The notes: a model not told the origin generated them from the letters alone. A stretch of 64,000 nt of DNA from a virus (IMGVR_UViG_3300019487_000019:99924-163923), one strand, 5' to 3'; shown: positions 38,566-53,000, counted from the first letter of the stretch. A program made the numbers and translations.

Positions 38566-40049
38566 GAACCAGACAACTAGAAACATTTTTAGCAGACGCA
38601 AACCCTCGCTCAACTTTTGAGGGGATTGTCACGATGGGATTGGTCGTTGATACTAACGATCCGCAGCAAATGGGCCGTATACGTGTGGTCTGTCCCACAC
38701 TTGGAGAGACAATTGGTACATCAATCAATGACTTGCCGTGGGCAATTTACGTTTCCCCCTTTGCAGGACAGACCGAAGTTGGAACTCGCGGTCCGGAAGA
38801 AAGTGAGTCTCGGGGAGCAATTGGATATGGATTGTGGTGTGTTCCAAAAGTCGGAACACAGGTTTTGGTTATGTTTATTGACGGAGATCCTCGTCTCCGT
38901 GTATTCCTTGGCGGTATTTGGGATCAATTTCGTCCACACACAATGCCACATGGTCGTTTTATGTACGACGAGCACCCAGAGTTAGAGAAAGGTAGTACAG
39001 ATCAGCGTCCTTTTGGTCCATATACCTCTGACGAAAACTTCATTGAACCACTTAACAAAAATCTTCGAGAGGCATTTCCAAAGGGAGAACCAAACTTTGA
39101 ATGGCGAACTCGAGCTGCGGACTATACAGCAAGTGCAGTTGACATCGAACAACTCCCCTTTGCGACTAGCCTCGTTCAAGACGATAAGGATTTTACGTGG
39201 GATGGTTGGGAAAGTCGTCAGGGCTATAATAAGAGCCGGATCGATCCAGATGCAACCGGATTGTTTGGTGAAGGCAATCTTGATAGTCAGGCGTTTTCAT
39301 TAACATCACCCGGTTTCCATGCATTTTCGATGGATGATCGACAACGAAATTGTCGTGTTCGTACACGAACGACAAGCGGCGCTCAGATTTTGATGGATGA
39401 CACGAATGAACGTCTATATTTTACCACCGCAAAAGGAAAAATGTGGATGGAATTCGATGAAAGTGGCAACCTTGATATCTATTGCGATCGTCGAATCACG
39501 TTCCACGCTAAGAAAGACATCAATTTCACAAGCGATGAAACGATTCGTATGTATGCCAAAAAAGGCATTCATATGTACAGTGAAGATGAAATTCGTGTCG
39601 AGGCGCTGAAAGACGTTCACTTCAAATTTCACATGAATTGGCGCGCTCATATCAATCAAAGCACATTTATTTTGACGGATTCCGACACCCACATCAAAAC
39701 AAAAGGCAGTATGTTTCTTGAAGCGGTTGCCAACATTCAAGAAAAAGCTGGCAGTACATTAAATCTGACGTCTGGTGGAGTGACAAATCACAATGCTGGC
39801 GGCAACATCATCGAAACAGCACCAGCAATTCACCATAATGGTCCAACAGCAGCGACGGCCGATCCAGCAAATGATCCGAGTGAGCAGCCCGCATTCTGGA
39901 CTAATAGGGTTCCTGACCATGAACCGTGGGCTCGTGTTATGACGCAAAACGACTTTACACATGCGCCAGAATTCCCTTACGATAGCAAGCAAGTTGGTAG
40001 AGTTGAGCGTGGGGAAACCATTCCACGAGGCACATTCTGGCGACGTTAA
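38562..40049 (+). CDS. gp5: Baseplate central spike (gp5/VgrG-like), no lysozyme domain seen
   Basis: OB-fold G.V....DP..MGRIRV, LPWA, P.VG..VLV.F..GD, followed by beta-helix repeats. Confidence 0.85.
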   Translation: MRTRQLETFLADANPRSTFEGIVTMGLVVDTNDPQQMGRIRVVCPTLGETIGTSINDLPWAIYVSPFAGQTEVGTRGPEESESRGAIGYGLWCVPKVGTQVLVMFIDGDPRLRVFLGGIWDQFRPHTMPHGRFMYDEHPELEKGSTDQRPFGPYTSDENFIEPLNKNLREAFPKGEPNFEWRTRAADYTASAVDIEQLPFATSLVQDDKDFTWDGWESRQGYNKSRIDPDATGLFGEGNLDSQAFSLTSPGFHAFSMDDRQRNCRVRTRTTSGAQILMDDTNERLYFTTAKGKMWMEFDESGNLDIYCDRRITFHAKKDINFTSDETIRMYAKKGIHMYSEDEIRVEALKDVHFKFHMNWRAHINQSTFILTDSDTHIKTKGSMFLEAVANIQEKAGSTLNLTSGGVTNHNAGGNIIETAPAIHHNGPTAATADPANDPSEQPAFWTNRVPDHEPWARVMTQNDFTHAPEFPYDSKQVGRVERGETIPRGTFWRR

Positions 40050-40085
40050 CCTTTCGATAAATATGCCTAAACAAGGAACGGTTTG

Positions 40086-40469
40086 ATGATCAAGGGACTT
40101 TACAAAGGCTACTCGTCGTTCGAATACCAGAAAAACAAGAGTTTTTCATTGGTCGATGTCGAGCTAGTGAAGGTGGACTTGCTACAACACATCTTTACGC
40201 GACGTGGTGAGCGCGTTATGATGCCAACATTTGGAACGCGAATTCCCGATATGGCCTTCGAACCAATGGACGACATTACGCTTGGCATTATTCGAGAAGA
40301 TCTCGAGACGGTTTTCCGATTCGATCCACGCGTGAAGATGCTCTCGCTTCAAGTAGTCCCAGTTCCAGATCAGAACTACGTAGTTGCTACAGCTCGTTTG
40401 CTCTATGTTGAGTTGGAGTTTATTGATACGTTGAATTTGAACATTACTTTTGAAGGCGTAACGCAATGA
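40086..40469 (+). CDS. gp25: Baseplate wedge subunit (gp25-like)
   Basis: TR.GERVM.P.FG......FEP, DPRV motifs. Confidence 0.92.
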   Translation: MIKGLYKGYSSFEYQKNKSFSLVDVELVKVDLLQHIFTRRGERVMMPTFGTRIPDMAFEPMDDITLGIIREDLETVFRFDPRVKMLSLQVVPVPDQNYVVATARLLYVELEFIDTLNLNITFEGVTQ

Positions 40470-43400
40470 GTCGTCTTGTTTCACGTGCTGAAAGTTGGGA
40501 TCGTGTCTATACAGCGTTCCAAAACGTTAACTTTGCTGCCTTTGATTATAACACAGTCAAACAGAGCTTGATTCATTACATCAAGCTATATTTTCCTGAA
40601 ACCTTCAACGATTATATTGAAAGTAGTGAATTCATTGCAATTATTGAAACATTTGCGTATATTTCTGAACTGATCGCATATCGTCTTGATACAAATGCAC
40701 AAGAGGTTTTCATCTCTACGGCACAGCGCCGTGAAAGTATTCTGCGTTTAGCAAAGCTGATTTCGTATAAAGCGGACAGAGCGCTCCCTGCACGAGGCTT
40801 GGTCAAAATTACATCAGCAATGACCACGGAAACTGTGATTGATGCTAATGGTGTCAATCTTGCTAATACGGCTGTTCGTTGGAATGATACAAACAATACG
40901 GAGTGGAAGCAACAATTCGTTTTGATTATGAATAGAGTGCTTGCACAACCGTTTGGTACGGTTCGACCAACCGACCGATTTCAAATTCAAGACGTTGTAT
41001 TTGAACTATATCGGTGGAATTTGATTCCAGTGCCACAAGGTGTGTTTTCATACGGCACCTCGGTAGGTGGAACATCCGTGAGTATGGAATTGGTTCCGGT
41101 TGAGCACGACGATTCGTTGGGTATTATTGAACGTCGCCCACAAAATAATTCTGACTTCTCGTTCCTCTACGGAACGGATGGACTAGGCGATTCTTCTGAT
41201 ACGACGGGATTCTTCTGTTTTACCAAACAGGGAACTCTGCAACGTTTCCGCACAACATTTGATGGTATTACGCCAAACCAAACGTATGATGTCAATGCAA
41301 CAAATGTCAACGAGATTGATGTTTGGCTGAACAATGTTAACCCCGATACGGGGGTCACCTTGGATGAACCGGCTCTACTACCGTATAAACGTGCAAGTGA
41401 TATTCCGTCGGGTGAATGGCAGCAGGTTGACTTAGCTCATGCGCAAAACGTCATCTTTAACACAAATCCTGCTCGCAACAAATATGAAATCGAAACGTTA
41501 ACAGATGACCGAATTCGTTTGATCTTTGGTGATGGGGAATTTGCAGACATTCCATCTGGTACCTTTGATATTTGGACTCGCGCAAGTCTCGATCAGGATC
41601 TTAGTATTCCGCGGTCTGCCGTCGCTAATATTCCAGCAACGTTTACATACACAGATGCTTTTGGTCGTGTTCAAACATTCACGTTTACTGTATCATTAAT
41701 TAATAGTTTGCAGAATGCTTCCGCGCGCGAAACAATCGAACACATTCGCGTCACAGCACCAGCAGTTTACTTTACGCAAGATCGTATGGTAAATGCAGAA
41801 GACTACAATATCTTCCCGCTCCAAGACAGCACAATTCTAAAACTCCGGTCGATCAATAGAACCTTTGCGGGTGATAGCAAGTACATAGCATGGCACGACC
41901 CACGAGAAAATTACGAAAATGTCAAAATCTTTAGTGATGATGGCTACCTATACTTTGATGATAACCTAACGGGAACACTTACGCCATCAGTCAACATCAA
42001 TACGTTGATTGAAACGTACATTCAGCCGTTGTTGTCGTCAACCGACATCTTTATGCAGCTCGTGTCAAACGGAGTTGATGTTGCCGACATTCGTCGTATT
42101 TTCAATCAAGATGAACTCGACCGTATTGCAGCGGCATTAACTGCTCCACCAAGTCCTGTTTCAGCCGAATTGTATTATAACAAAGTCCTGAATGAATGGT
42201 TTGCTGTAAAGGAAAGCGCGGATCCGGCAAACGCTGGTACCCCACCATTGTACGTGGATGGGTTGGGTGGTGCAGGTTGGAATGCAAGTCCCGCTCTAAA
42301 TGACTTCATTCCGTATGCTCTTATTTTTGCTGAACAAATCAATATTGTTGACAACATCTACCGAGTTTCACGTCTCGGACGTCGAACAATTGTAGAAAGC
42401 GTGACAACACGTTTCTGGAACACAAATAATGCCAACACAGTCGTTGACTATGACACATTGAACTCTGTGAATGATGACGTAATCATCCTTAAGGCTAACT
42501 TGAACAACAACCGAAACGGTGTTCTAACACAGAATTGGGAGTTTGATGTTCTTGGGCAAGAGACGATTGAAAGTGGACCTGATCTCGGCTTGACAGACAT
42601 TCATCGGTTGAGTGTAATTTCAGCAGATCAAAACGGAGATCATGTTCCTGACAACCCAAATCTTTTGGAACTAATCAATCCAGTTTTTACATTGACGGCG
42701 GGCTACCAAGAAATAACGTTTACGACACCAATTAGCGGTGCGGATCTTCCGTATACGGTTGCAACAACATACACGGCAACCCTTACGATTGATGGTGTCG
42801 CAACTCCTGTTTCGATGCCGGTCGTTACACCACTGACATTTACTTTTAGTAGTTTAGTCGCCGCTGTTAATGCTGCATTGCCCGTTGCGCCTGCACCAGG
42901 CGCAGGACATATTCAGCTCTTCCAGGGAGGTTTGCTCGTCACGAGTGCAACTTACGACACGACCTCTACGGTTGCAATAACACAGCCGGGCGGTGGTCCA
43001 TTTATCTTCGGAAGCATTGTTAATCCTGGACCTGGCACAATTGGCACAGCAGTCGTTGGCTCTTCGACAGCTCCACATACTGGAACAGTTCTGACAGTTC
43101 CGAGTGACTACATTACCGGACAGGGAGATGTGTCTGTGTCTGGCGATCTAACGGGCATGGTCAATACATCCGATTGGAATGAAGGATCGCTAATAGCGAA
43201 TGAGATTGTCAACACTGTTGATGTGTTTGACATGAACGGCAATATTGAGGTGTCCGTTTCTGTGAAAGATTACGTGTATTTCTCTCGTCTAACGATAACA
43301 GAGCCGTGGGTGCCGACAGAGACAACTCCTCAGTCAATGTCTCTATTCATTGAAGATATGTTGGCGGGTTCAGACCTGTGGCGCCGAAATAATGGACGAA

Positions 43401-44014
43401 ACAATTTCAACTTTGCATGGTTCCATCGTTCAACTCGGTACCATTTAGTCGATCCAGCAGCAAGCAATATTATCGATACGTATGTGATCACGAAAGGCTA
43501 TTACACATCTCTAAAGCGCGCTCTTGAGAACAATGAAACTCTTCCATCTGTACCAACACCACAAGACTTGCGCACGTCTTACAATTATTTGCTTGATAAT
43601 AAGATGATCAGCGATACCGTAATCCTCCACGGTGGTCTTATTCGTCTGCTTTTCGGGCCTAATGCGGCACCAGAATTGCAAGCTACACTAAAGGTCATTC
43701 GGGCGGAAAATGGGGTGCTGACTGATAATCAAGTCAAGACGACAATTGTCACAACCATTCGAAACTTCTTTGATATTACGACGTGGGAGTTTGGTGAAAC
43801 GTTCTTCTTCACGGAAATGGCAGCAGCAATTCATGCCGCTCTTCCAACAGAGATTCGATCTGTTGTTCTTGTTCCAACATTTACAACCAACCAATTCGGC
43901 GATATGTTTGAGGTGTTGTGTCGTGAGGACGAGATTTTCTACGCTGACATTAGTGTAAACAACGTCGAGATTGTTCCTGCATATAATGCGGTAAATCTGC
44001 GATTGAACGGCTAA
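40466..44014 (+). CDS. gp6: Baseplate wedge protein (gp6-like)
   Basis: F.D..ESS, A.RRES..RLA...SY, FGDG....IP, E.I..IR..AP.....Q.R.V..EDY motifs. Confidence 0.9.
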   Translation: MSRLVSRAESWDRVYTAFQNVNFAAFDYNTVKQSLIHYIKLYFPETFNDYIESSEFIAIIETFAYISELIAYRLDTNAQEVFISTAQRRESILRLAKLISYKADRALPARGLVKITSAMTTETVIDANGVNLANTAVRWNDTNNTEWKQQFVLIMNRVLAQPFGTVRPTDRFQIQDVVFELYRWNLIPVPQGVFSYGTSVGGTSVSMELVPVEHDDSLGIIERRPQNNSDFSFLYGTDGLGDSSDTTGFFCFTKQGTLQRFRTTFDGITPNQTYDVNATNVNEIDVWLNNVNPDTGVTLDEPALLPYKRASDIPSGEWQQVDLAHAQNVIFNTNPARNKYEIETLTDDRIRLIFGDGEFADIPSGTFDIWTRASLDQDLSIPRSAVANIPATFTYTDAFGRVQTFTFTVSLINSLQNASARETIEHIRVTAPAVYFTQDRMVNAEDYNIFPLQDSTILKLRSINRTFAGDSKYIAWHDPRENYENVKIFSDDGYLYFDDNLTGTLTPSVNINTLIETYIQPLLSSTDIFMQLVSNGVDVADIRRIFNQDELDRIAAALTAPPSPVSAELYYNKVLNEWFAVKESADPANAGTPPLYVDGLGGAGWNASPALNDFIPYALIFAEQINIVDNIYRVSRLGRRTIVESVTTRFWNTNNANTVVDYDTLNSVNDDVIILKANLNNNRNGVLTQNWEFDVLGQETIESGPDLGLTDIHRLSVISADQNGDHVPDNPNLLELINPVFTLTAGYQEITFTTPISGADLPYTVATTYTATLTIDGVATPVSMPVVTPLTFTFSSLVAAVNAALPVAPAPGAGHIQLFQGGLLVTSATYDTTSTVAITQPGGGPFIFGSIVNPGPGTIGTAVVGSSTAPHTGTVLTVPSDYITGQGDVSVSGDLTGMVNTSDWNEGSLIANEIVNTVDVFDMNGNIEVSVSVKDYVYFSRLTITEPWVPTETTPQSMSLFIEDMLAGSDLWRRNNGRNNFNFAWFHRSTRYHLVDPAASNIIDTYVITKGYYTSLKRALENNETLPSVPTPQDLRTSYNYLLDNKMISDTVILHGGLIRLLFGPNAAPELQATLKVIRAENGVLTDNQVKTTIVTTIRNFFDITTWEFGETFFFTEMAAAIHAALPTEIRSVVLVPTFTTNQFGDMFEVLCREDEIFYADISVNNVEIVPAYNAVNLRLNG

Positions 44015-44073
44015 AATCGCGGTTTATTTCAGTCGTACCCCAAAACTAAATATCTAGAAACAGAGGATTTACT

Positions 44074-47000
44074 GTGAGCAACAGCGACGCAGACGACAAA
44101 CCACGTACAAACATATTCGAAATGTTGCCGAACGTTCTCCGTTCGGACACAAACGAAGCTGTCTTTGAGAACGTCTTCAACAAGTTCTTGACAAAAGACG
44201 ATACCAGCCATATTGCTGGCTATATTGGTCAAAGCAATCCAACTTCACTAACGAAACGTCAGCTTCCTGAGCCAACACCACAGCTCCAAGCGTTCCAACT
44301 TCAACCAACACTATACACAAAGGTCGGAAGCAGTGAATATGTGCTTCCTTTTAAGTCATTTCAAAAACAATCGGAACTGATGGGCATCGACTTCACTCGC
44401 ATGCAAGAATGGGGCAATGCTTTGCAGTTCAACTGGGTGCCGCCTGTTAACTTTGACATGCTGGTCAATTATGCGGACTACTTTTGGTTTTCGGGTGACT
44501 TACTCGATCGCCCTCAATATCTAACGATTGAGAGCCGTTGTAATAAGCAACAGGGCATTTTGGCTGCCTATAACAAACTGGTGGCAGCGTTTGGTGATTT
44601 GTTTCCGATTATTGAGATCAATGTAGCAGAGAATAGCGTAACGATTTCTGGTCAATACACAACGTTGTTTATTGAGGGCTTCCGAGTATGGATCAAGGGT
44701 ACGAGTGATATTAACATTCGTAACCAGTTCTTCACAGTTCTCACATCGACATATAACCTCTCCACACAAACAACATTAGTGGTGGGCGTGAATGCACCAG
44801 CACAGGAATGGACTATTACAGGCAACTTCTTGTCGGTTTTGACGCCCGGAGCGGTGTTCAATATTACAGGTAATACAGGCGGAGCCGACGGCACATACAC
44901 GGTGGCGGCAGCAACCTTTGATGGAATGAACACCATTATTATGGTGAATGAAACGATTCCTCTATCAGCAACACCTACTGGCACGTGTACAATTCCTTTG
45001 AATGTGTGTGCGGGTGAGACACTTCCACCACAGACAACGATTTTCTTTGATCCAGACGTATCACCAATCGCCATCCGTAGTCCTACCGCACCACCAGCGT
45101 CGGTGGTGGGTCGCTATTGGGTCGATACCGACGACAATAGTGTGTATTGTTGGAGTGGACTTGCTTGGATACCATGTTCGCCAATTGCAAGTGGTACTCT
45201 TTCGCTTCAAGAGCTTCATAGCATTCTTCGTCGAGACACAAACTGTGTTTGCTATGGTGATTACGGTTGGGATTTGGCTTTGTGGGACGACAGTCCACCG
45301 GGTTGGGAAGCGTTCCTAACGCCACTTTCACAACCAACACAGGCAGCTTGGATTACGATGAACGGTACACCAGTTCCATTGGACTTGTGGCTCGATACAA
45401 CCAATGATATTTTGTTTCAGTTGGCACCAGCAGTCTACACGATTACTGATGTTGTTCCAGGATCTAGTTTGTGGGTAGTCGGTGGAGATCAAACGGCTGC
45501 TTTCACAGCTGGCACAAATTTTGCAGTTGTTGGCAACACAGGTATTGGAACGGCAGGATTCACCGTTGTTTCGTCTGTGTATGTTCCCGTTGACCTCGAA
45601 ACACAGATCACTGTTAGCGAAGTAATTCCTGGCACGGCCACAAACGATGGCAGTGCGTATGTTTGGATTCCAATTATTATTGATTGGACGGTTTTTGTTG
45701 GTGATATGTTGGTTGGTGATGTGTTGTGGGATCTTGCAACAAGCTGTTTCAACGCTCTTCAAGAACCAAATCAATGGACACAGCAGAATAAGTGGGTTCA
45801 CAAATCCCACCTGACTTCATTTGCCGGTGTCCGTCGTGCACAAATTCCAATTATTGAATATGATAGTCGTGCAGAATTGAACAGTTGGACAAAAATCAAT
45901 CACGTGTGGAAATATCGACCAGTAAGTTCTGGTTCATTTGAAACAGTTTCAGCTCCTCCACAGCGATTTGAATTGGAACCAATCAGGGGTTGGTTGGCAG
46001 TTGAAGATCCACCGGCAAGTAGTACGTGGTATCTGTATTTGTTTGATGAAAACATGACGCAAGCTCGGGATTATGACTACACACAAGAATTTGTTCCCGA
46101 CTTTCGTTTCCTTGTTCGCGATAATGCATTCCTTAACCAGCTATTGACAGTCGATTATTCGGTCCATCGAGAAGCATTACCGACTGATCCGAGTGCTGTA
46201 CAGGGTTACATGATCACAGTTGTCAAGCTTCAAGACACAGGACCCGCAATTGATGCATTCTTTGCACTGAATCCGAGTGGCGGCACAGCGACAAATAAAC
46301 GTCTCGAGCCCCAAGCAACAAGTCGGGGGGATACCTGGCGTGGATATCACGTTCATTGGGTGTTGAGTCAGGCTGATGAGACGACACAAGCGGCGGCCTC
46401 ACAAACAGAGAATCCAGTCTTAGCACGAGCTGTCAATGAGGGCGATCCTTGGGCGTTCGCCACACAAACATCAGTAGGACCAACGATTGTTGGCGATTAT
46501 TTTCAGGAAATCACACCCACCACAGCAGTATCAACAATTCAATTGGATGCTTCGTTCCGCTTTGCACCGATTACTGAGTTTGTTGTTGTTGGAGTTATCC
46601 CGGGACCGGGCGGTATTTGGACTATCTCTGGCAACTATGCCTCGCTGTTTTCGATTAATCAATCATTCGTCATTCCAAACAACACAGGCGGTGGAGATGG
46701 CATTTATACCGTAGCGTCGGTTGCAAATGCTGGTCCAAATACTGCAATCACGGTGAATGAAACTATTCCTCCGCTAGCTGACGCAAGCGGCACAATTGAA
46801 ACAGGGCGATTGCTATTTGCATTGGCTGGACAGGATCAACTGCGAGTGTTTGTTGACAATATCCAGCAGTACGGTACCTATACAGAACAAACGGCTACAG
46901 GATCACCTGATTACACAGCAATAGGCACAACAACGACAACGCTTGCGAGCTTTACATACGTCACAGGTATAGTGTTCGACGCACCGCTAGCTCAGTACGC

Positions 47001-50000
47001 TGTTGTGCGGATTGAGGTTGGCTCAGCATCCTTGCGGGATATGGGCTTGCAATATGTTCCTGTTCGTACAATTGAAAACGAAGCAACATTCCTTGTTGCT
47101 GCCCTCGCAGGTACACAGCCAGTATATCTTGGCATGAATGTTTACGGTGAAACGAACCAAACGAAACGAGTGCTCAATCAATATCCGTTGTTCAACGTTT
47201 ATGACACGTGTACAAGCGAGGTCATTAAGGCTTCACCTCTATTTGCCTTCAAAGAAGATCCTACCCAACCAATTAATGGGGCGGTTCAGCGTCGCATCAT
47301 TGTAGAAGATGGTGGACGTGAATATACATTTGAACAATTTCTCTTAGAACAGGATGATGGAGTAATTTACAGCTACCGACTGTTTGATGGTCGAGTCCAA
47401 CTGAATGACTATTGGTTCAACACCGCTAATAACACACTGAAGAAATGGAATGGTCGGACCTGGCAAGAAGTAGTCGTTCTCCAAGATACGAATGACCGAC
47501 TAACAGTACATCGCCCATTTGTTGGAACAACACCACCAACATATTTGGTATCAGTTGTCGGTAGTGTATGGTATGACACGAGCGCTAAAGTTGTTCGTGA
47601 GTCGAATGGTGTAGCGTGGGCAGATGTAGCGTGGCCGGAATACGACAATCCATTCAGCAGCACCACACCCGTTGGTCTGTTTATTGAAGGGACGGATCCA
47701 ACACTGACCACAATTTGGCGAAGTGTGCCACAGTATACACACAATACATCCGGTCCACCTTCGACATGGACGGGTGGAGTTTACATTCCTGAGTGGGTTG
47801 ATGGTGACCGAAACGTGTTGCCGGTGGGCGACCCAAATGGAGACTGGGAAATTCCCGATCAGTGGCGCCTTAACGCAGAACACCACAACAAAGCTGTGGT
47901 GAAATATAGTGAAATTGTTACACATTTTCGATCTGTTCTTGCAGCACAGCCAAATGTCTTTGGTTTTCTTGGAGGTGGGGCGAATGTTCGAACACAGGCC
48001 GAATACGATTATTCGCTTGGCGGAATAATGAAAGAACACAATGACAGTTATGATACATTGCTGTCGGCGGTAAATGAGATTGCTCTCACGCCACTTACTG
48101 TAATCGAATTTGCTGAAGACCAATATGCAAATCTGTTGCTCACAATCAAGGAATTGTATCAAAAGAATCTGTTGTCATACCTTGCTATCACATCAACAGC
48201 ATCGATCATTGATCAGGCCAGCTTTATCACAACATCGGTTATTGGCGTTTATGAAGGAAATGACTTTTATGGTCAGGTTTATGTTGATACCAGTGCGTTT
48301 GACGGGGTCAACGGTATTCGACATTGGATCTCAACCATACCAATGTTTGGATTTGGGTTCAAAACAATTCCATACGTAAACATTGATGCTGATCTTGGAA
48401 TCTATGAGTTGGTTCATCATGATGGACACCGATCGCACATTGAGTTTACCGTGGGTGAAGAAGATAGCTACGCACGACTGCTTGTGAATCTTCCCGACCC
48501 ACGTGTGTTCAATGACACTCTTGGTAAGCTCTCTTCATCTGCACCTCCAGCAACCATGACAGCATTCCTAACGGCATTTGGAGTAGAACGAGGTGGTGTT
48601 TATTGGTACCGCACATCCGGCCCCCGCGCATTGTATCGCTTCAATATTATTGGGGCGACTCCTACCGCTCCTTCGCTTATCGGTCTTCCCGACGGAGTCT
48701 ACTATTGGGATACAGCCCTTACGCAATTGTTTATCACAAGTGGAGGTCTGTGGGTAGCTGTTGGTCTACCGGGAGTGATTTCACCCGCTTGGCAACAGGT
48801 GGATATGCGTGAATTGTTGACAGACGTTCTGTTGGAGGTTGAGAATAGATTGTATGCCGTAACACCTGTTTACGACGAACTTGTGTTTGACTTTGATTCG
48901 TTGACGCCAACTGTCAGTGAACAAGCATACTTTGATGAGTATACTGAAGAACAGTTTATGGCTTTTGTTAATGAGCGCCACATTCGAGCACCGTTCGAAA
49001 ATGTTGGATATACACCAACGAACGCCTTCACGTGGAACTATATTAATAGCACAATCACAACGCCACCAACCGGCGCGATTTCGCCCGACCGTGCTGCCTC
49101 ATGGCAGGAATTGTATACTCGGTGGTATGGAACGCCATATCCACATCTTGAGCCATGGAAACTTCAAGGCTATACAGATAAGCCATCGTGGTGGGATGCT
49201 GAATACCTAGACCTATCAGGCACACGTCGTTGGATTTACAACCATAGCACCACAACCGGTATGTGGGAGAACATTCGTGTTGGTCTGGTCCCACTACCAT
49301 ACGACCTACCTGATGGTACGCCAAGCACAGCAGTGCCAGGTGAAGTGCGTACGTACAATTACTTCTCGGTCAACATTGCTGACACAACTATTGCGGGCAA
49401 TTTCAATCCTGATGATTTGCTACCTCCATATTACAGTACGGTATCAATTGTTGTTCGTTCGTTGTTTACAAGCCTGGCGGCGGAGATTGTTGCACCTGGT
49501 GCAAATTATGTTTACGGCGACGGTGGTCCAGTTGAATGGCTGTGGACTGTTTCTGGAGAGCATGTTTACGACCCATTGGTAATTGCCTTCCGTATGCAGC
49601 CGGTTCGATTCTTGCACTATACGTTCGGTCCACAATTTACTCGCGTGAATAATCTTCAGGTTGAAACGGCTCTGTGTCAGATCTACAGCCACGAAGACGT
49701 GTTATTCCACGGCGACCTCTACACTGGTGATCAGTCGTATTTGGTACGAGGGCTGAATCAGTGGTATGTCAACTACAATCGCTACGTTGGCTATGATACA
49801 AACAAAGAATTCCGTGTACTGTGGGCTCAGTGGGATCCATTGCTCGCCTACCAGTTTTCGGGCATTATTGACACGAGTACGTTTGAAATTACTAACAAGT
49901 ATTACGATGTTGTTGCGCAAGATTACAACATCGTTCTGGCAAACATTGGCGTCATCAAAGATATGTGGATGGATGCGTTTGAAGTCACGGTGTTGAACAT

Positions 50001-53000
50001 TCCTCCAGCAATCGTACAGTACAACAATGAATCGTCGTGGCGGTTGGAACTAGATAATTTGGCAAGCATTCCGCGAACAATCTCATATTATGACGTCAAG
50101 CGTTATCCGTTTGTTGTGGATGTCCAAACAAATACAGCAACGATTTTCCAATACAACATTCTAACAGCTCTGCCAATTGCAAAACTGTTTGAAGTTGAGG
50201 GTGATCATGTAACACAATTTACGGACGGGACCCAGTTTGATATCATCAACTCATCAAGCAATGATGGTACCTATACGGTAAGTGGCTCGGCCGTTTACGA
50301 TCCATCGACCAACAGGACTCGTATTACTGTCGAAGAGACGATCCCTTCAACAAACACAGACGGAATTATCGATTTTCCAAATTCTATTCTACCGTGGGCT
50401 ACGGGCCAGCTAGTTTTCGTTACCTCTTCACGGATTCTACCCGCCCCACTGGTACAAAATCAACCTGTGTATCTAGTTGTTGTGAACGGTCGCCAGTTTC
50501 GAGTTTCAGACACACCAGTAGGTGCATCAATATTATCGCCCATTCTTGCTGTAGCAACAGGGCCGATGGGAGCATTCTCGATCGCAGGGAACCAAACAGC
50601 TTATTTCCCGAGCAGCACCGCGTTTGGTGTTGTTGGCTCGACTGGAAATGATGGAAACTACACCGTTTCAACGACTTTATTCGATGGAACCAATACTGTA
50701 ATAATGGTGGCACAATCAGTGCCAAACGCAACTGTTGATGGTTCTATTCAGAATGCTTCTTTCAAGTGGACAACCACTGGTAGTGGTGATTTGAATGTAG
50801 GTGAAGTTGATTCGTCATTCACGGTGTTTGGATCAGCGTCGCTTTCGAATGAGTTGTGGTATCATTTTGCCCTCGACAACACGAAAGTACGAACCTTTAC
50901 ACCACCTTATACAATCGCTGGTATTCAGCGAATGATTGATATTATCGACGGCTATCAAGCTTATGAAAAAGACTTGGGAGTCTTGTATAATCTTGGCCTG
51001 GCAGGAGAAGTCGATCCTGAAACAGGTCGAGCAGTAAGTTGGCAACTAGAGATAGAGCGCTTCATTGATTGGGCATTCCGGTTGCGTCGTTCACGATTGT
51101 CGTTGAGTGATCGGTTTGGCTTTGTTGTCAACAGTCTTCCAAACGATGAACTGATCTTTACAGGGCAAATTCCACAGTGGACATTGGGAACACAACTACT
51201 TGTTTCAACGACAGGAACGCTTCCTGATCCCTTGCAGGCAAATGTGCCTTACTTTTACGTTCCAACAGCAACACCAGGAATCTTTCAGCTTTCAACCTCG
51301 CGTCTGATCTCCCCGACAACGATTGTTGATCTTGTAGGTAATGGTAGTGGAACGTTGCTCATTGCACCATACAAACGTGCAACGAGTTTCCCGTCCATGG
51401 AATTGAATCCAGCACGCAATAATATTTGGATTGATACACCACAAGGTGTTCTAGCAAACGTCATTCAAGGTCCATATGCTGATATTCGCGTACAGCAGAC
51501 GATTTTTGACCAGTATAGCCGTCCACTAACGCCAGACAAACTACTTGTCTATCGTCAAGACAAACAGAATCGTGTTTCGATTCGTGCTGCGATTCCAAAC
51601 GATGTCGTTCCACCTGCAATTTCCTTGGCGGACCCATACAATTATATCCACATGGGTGGAGCACACTTCTTCCTTGAGGGATATGAACATATTGTCCTGT
51701 TTAACGACTACACGGTCGGTAATCAGATTATCTACGACCAATTCTTTGGTCTGCAAACACAGCGATTTGGGGTGGATTATTACGAAAAGAATGACTATAC
51801 GTTGCGTCCGACCTTGGGCGGCTACTACTTGCTGAGCAATAAGTTCTACCGCAACATTGAAGGTCAGACCACAGACATGCGGAAGTATTACGATACGTAT
51901 GACCTAAATGAAAATACAGAAGTTGCGCGCCGTTCACGTAGTCTACTTGGCTACCGCGCTGGACAAAGTTCATTCTTGGATCTGTTGAATACGAACTCGA
52001 AGACACAATTTGTCTTTTATCGTGGAATGATTCAAGCCAAAGGTTCGATTAATTCTGTCAAGGCCTATGTTAATTCACGACGCTTCGTGGACGCAAAGAT
52101 TGATGAGTTTTGGGCGTGGAAACTGGCGGATTTTGGTGACTCGCGACCAAAAATTTATCCAGAGATTAAGCTCCTGGCAACAGATGGTTTGCTAGATGAT
52201 GTCCGGCTAGAATTCTTGACCGATAGTGAAGCAACTGATACCGAGGCTGTTGAGGCGGACGAAGCAAATGGCTTTCAAGTTGTTACTTTCAGCGACGAAG
52301 ATCGATGGGTCGATGCTCCTGAACAGCGTGACTTGCTTGAAAATTCAATCTTGTTCTTGGATAGCGAAGTATCAACACTGACAAAAGTTTATGCATCATC
52401 TGTGATGCCACTGACAGCGCAAACAACGGTTGACTATTGGTACAATAAAACAACGGAACAGCTTCTTGTGTGGAATGGAACATCGTGGGCGATAGCCGTA
52501 AATCCGTCAATCACTATTACCGAGGTGTCTGGTGACTTTTATATCAAAGTCCCAACGTTCTGTGATACAGTTCGTGTGACACGACGTGTGCTAACGTCTT
52601 CTGGTGATCTGCGGTATTATACACCGGAATTCTTGACGGTTGAAAACATTCCTCGATCACCAATCAATCCTGATGATGATTTGTTGATGCAGCCATCGCT
52701 GCTGACCGAGCCACTTGGTAATGATGAGGTTGAGCGTACAAACTCCGAAATCATTCGTATGAGCGGCACCGGTCTTGAAGGTATCTTGTACATCTTTACA
52801 ATCAATCCGGCAAAGTCGAAGAACAGTCCAGCAAAGATTATCGACTACCAATCGGAAGTAGTCTTGTCAGATGTTCCGTTCTGGCATCCGGCTCGAGGTC
52901 ATCATTCACCAATTGCAATTCATAACGTTGATTTGCAACACGCAACCGATCCGGCCCTGTACACAAATACGTTAAACCCTAATGATCTATCCGAACAGCC